The notes under the pieces are model-generated. The model was not told where the DNA came from, searched no databases, and saw only the letters and a program-made list of their open reading frames with translations. A stretch of 64,000 bases of DNA from Octopus vulgaris. Taxonomy: Eukaryota. Location of the stretch: assembly GCA_951406725.2 (NCBI GenBank), contig OX597819.1, positions 124,124,001 through 124,188,000 of the forward strand, written 5' to 3'. Positions within the stretch are counted from its first letter, which is position 1. Each line of letters opens with the position of its first letter. The position numbers and the translations under genes are program-made. This document shows positions 62,050 through 64,000 of the stretch, one piece after another.

Positions 62050-63397
62050 TAGGGATGCTGTCAGTAAGGTGAGGGTTGGTAATGAGGATTACAATGAATT
62101 CAGGGTACAAGTAGGGGTTCACCAAGGGTCAGTCCTCAGCCCCTCCTGTTCATTATAGTCTTCCAGGTAATGACAGAGGAATTTAAAGCGAGCTGCCCCT
62201 GGGAGCTCCTCTATGCTGATGACCTTGTTCTTGTAGCTGAATCACTAACAGAACTAGTGAAGAAATTTCAGATGTGGAGACTAGGTCTAGAATCAAAGGG
62301 TCATGGAGTTAATTTAGCAAAAACCAAAATCTTAGTAAGTAGGAAAATAGATCAATCACAAATCCCTTCGGGCTCTGCTCGATATGTAGAAAAGGCATAG
62401 GTAGAAACTCCATAAGATGTACCCAGTGCAAGCTATGGACACATAAGAGGTGCAGCAATATCAGAAGAAGGTTAACAGGAAAAATATTCTTTGTGTGGGG
62501 GAGATGTACTGATACAATAAACACTAGAAATGTACAGAAAATAGACTTCATCAAATGCCGGGTGGGGGGGATACCGAGAATTGATAGCTTCCATTATCTA
62601 GGTGACCAAGTTAGCAGTGGAGGTGGATGCTCCAAGAGCATAGCTGCTAGAACAAGAATAGGTTGGGCAAAGTTGAGAGAGATTCTACCTTTGTTGGTAA
62701 TTAAGGGCCTTTACTTCTGACTGAAAGGCAGATTGTACAATGCTTGGGTGTGAACAGTCATGCTACACAACAGTGAAACAAAGGCTGTGACTGCGAAGGA
62801 TGTGCGTAGGCTTGTAAGAAATGAAACTAGTAGGTTTCATTGGATGTGCAATGTCAGTGTGCATACTCGACAGAATGTAAGCATCTTGAGAGAAAAGTTG
62901 AGCATAAGAGGCATCAGATGTGGTGTGCAAGAGAGAAGAGTGCGCTGGTATGGTCATGTGATGCATATGGACAAAGACAGCTGTGTAAAGAAGTGCTGAT
63001 CTTTATCTGTAACTGTGGAAGAGGTAGACCCAGGAAGACATGGGACATGGTAGTGAAGTATAATCTCTGAATGTTAGGCCTCATGGAAATGACAAGTGAC
63101 TGAGGCCTTTGACGATATGCTGTGCTTGAGAAGACCCGTCAAGCCAAGTGAAATCGTAGTTGTGGCCAATGCTGGTGTCCTGTAAGTAGCAGCTGTGGCG
63201 ATGGCACATAAAAGCACCCATGTTGGTGCCAAGTTAAAGGGACCCACTCTTGGAGTGGTTGGCATTAGGAAGGGCATCCAAACGTAGAAATTGTGCCAAA
63301 TCAGATGGGAACTTGGTGCAGCCCTCTAGCTTATAGTTCCAGTCAAACTGTCCAACCCATGCCAGCAGGGAAAACAGATGCTAAATGATGATGATGA
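62050..63397 (+). mobile_element. 5'-truncated RTE-clade LINE: RT core, Cys/His finger, 3' UTR, (GAT)n tail; frameshifted
   Basis: GVHQGSVLSP, PWELLYADDLVL, NLAKTK, FHYLGD, RWYGHV and GRGRPRKTW motifs across frames; tail at about 63387-63397. Confidence 0.92.
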
Positions 63398-63424
63398 ACA
63401 GTCATTAGATAACACTTTTGAAAT

Positions 63425-63749
63425 ATCATCATTATCATCGTTTAACGTCTGCTTTCCATGCTAGCATGGGTTGGACGATTTTGACTGAGGGCTGGCGAAC
63501 CAGATGGCTGTACCAAGCTCCAATCTTGATTTGGCAGAGTTTCTACAGCTGGATGCCCTTCCTAATGCCAACCACTCCGAGAGTGTAGTGGGTGCTTTTT
63601 ACGTGTCACCAGCATGGGGGCCAGTCAGGCGGTACTGGCAATGACCTCGCTCGAATCCTTTTACACATGCCACTAGTACAGGTGCCAGTAAGGCGATGTT
63701 GGTAACGATCACGCTCGAATGGTGCCCTTTTACATGCCACCGGCATGGA
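63425..63749 (-). mobile_element. RTE 3'-end element, subfamily I, tail-to-tail with the long RTE
   Basis: (cat)n tail about 30 bp from the (gat)n tail of 62050-63397. Confidence 0.85.
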
Positions 63750-64000
63750 AATACTAGAATAAAATTTAAAGCATTAATCAAATTATAGGTAATCAGTTAA
63801 GTTTATGGTGTTGAACAACTGACCACAAGGTCATGTGTTTAAGACTTCGTCATAATCAGTATAGCACTTCCATATTATACTAGTTAATAGTGGTAGAGAC
63901 AGCCAGTGCAAATATTCTTGCTCCAACATTATGCAAATGCTCCAAATAAATAAAATGTACTCCTGAGAGACAAATACAGAAGAAAAAAAATAAGCATAAA

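Overview
AT-rich, repeat-dense eukaryotic DNA. The repeat families ((CAT)n-tailed RTE derivatives, three tRNA-derived SINE families, long (TA)/(TACA) tracts) match my recollection of octopus (coleoid cephalopod) genomes; this assignment is from memory, not a search. Only one host coding region is convincing: a large minus-strand exon (ATG 25923 to a strong AAAG|GTAAGC donor at 23262/23261; the unspliced ORF stops at 23167). It encodes an unrecognised disordered protein with an N-terminal DSGYFS degron, three Phe/acidic helical repeats and several short docking-type motifs, behind a CpG-rich promoter and a uORF-dense leader. The rest is intron or intergenic DNA filled with TE remnants: RTE, Tx1/L1, Penelope, Helitron, piggyBac, mariner, Tigger and hAT. 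Best leads: modular hairpin arrays in RTE 3'-end elements, fold-back structures apparently made by RTE insertion, a tRNA-headed SINE carrying a hammerhead-ribozyme fold, Helitrons with fully palindromic CTAG-to-CTAG 3' termini, tandem GT...AG SINE-body units, and a candidate recursive splice site. All coordinates were read by eye; TE boundaries are approximate.
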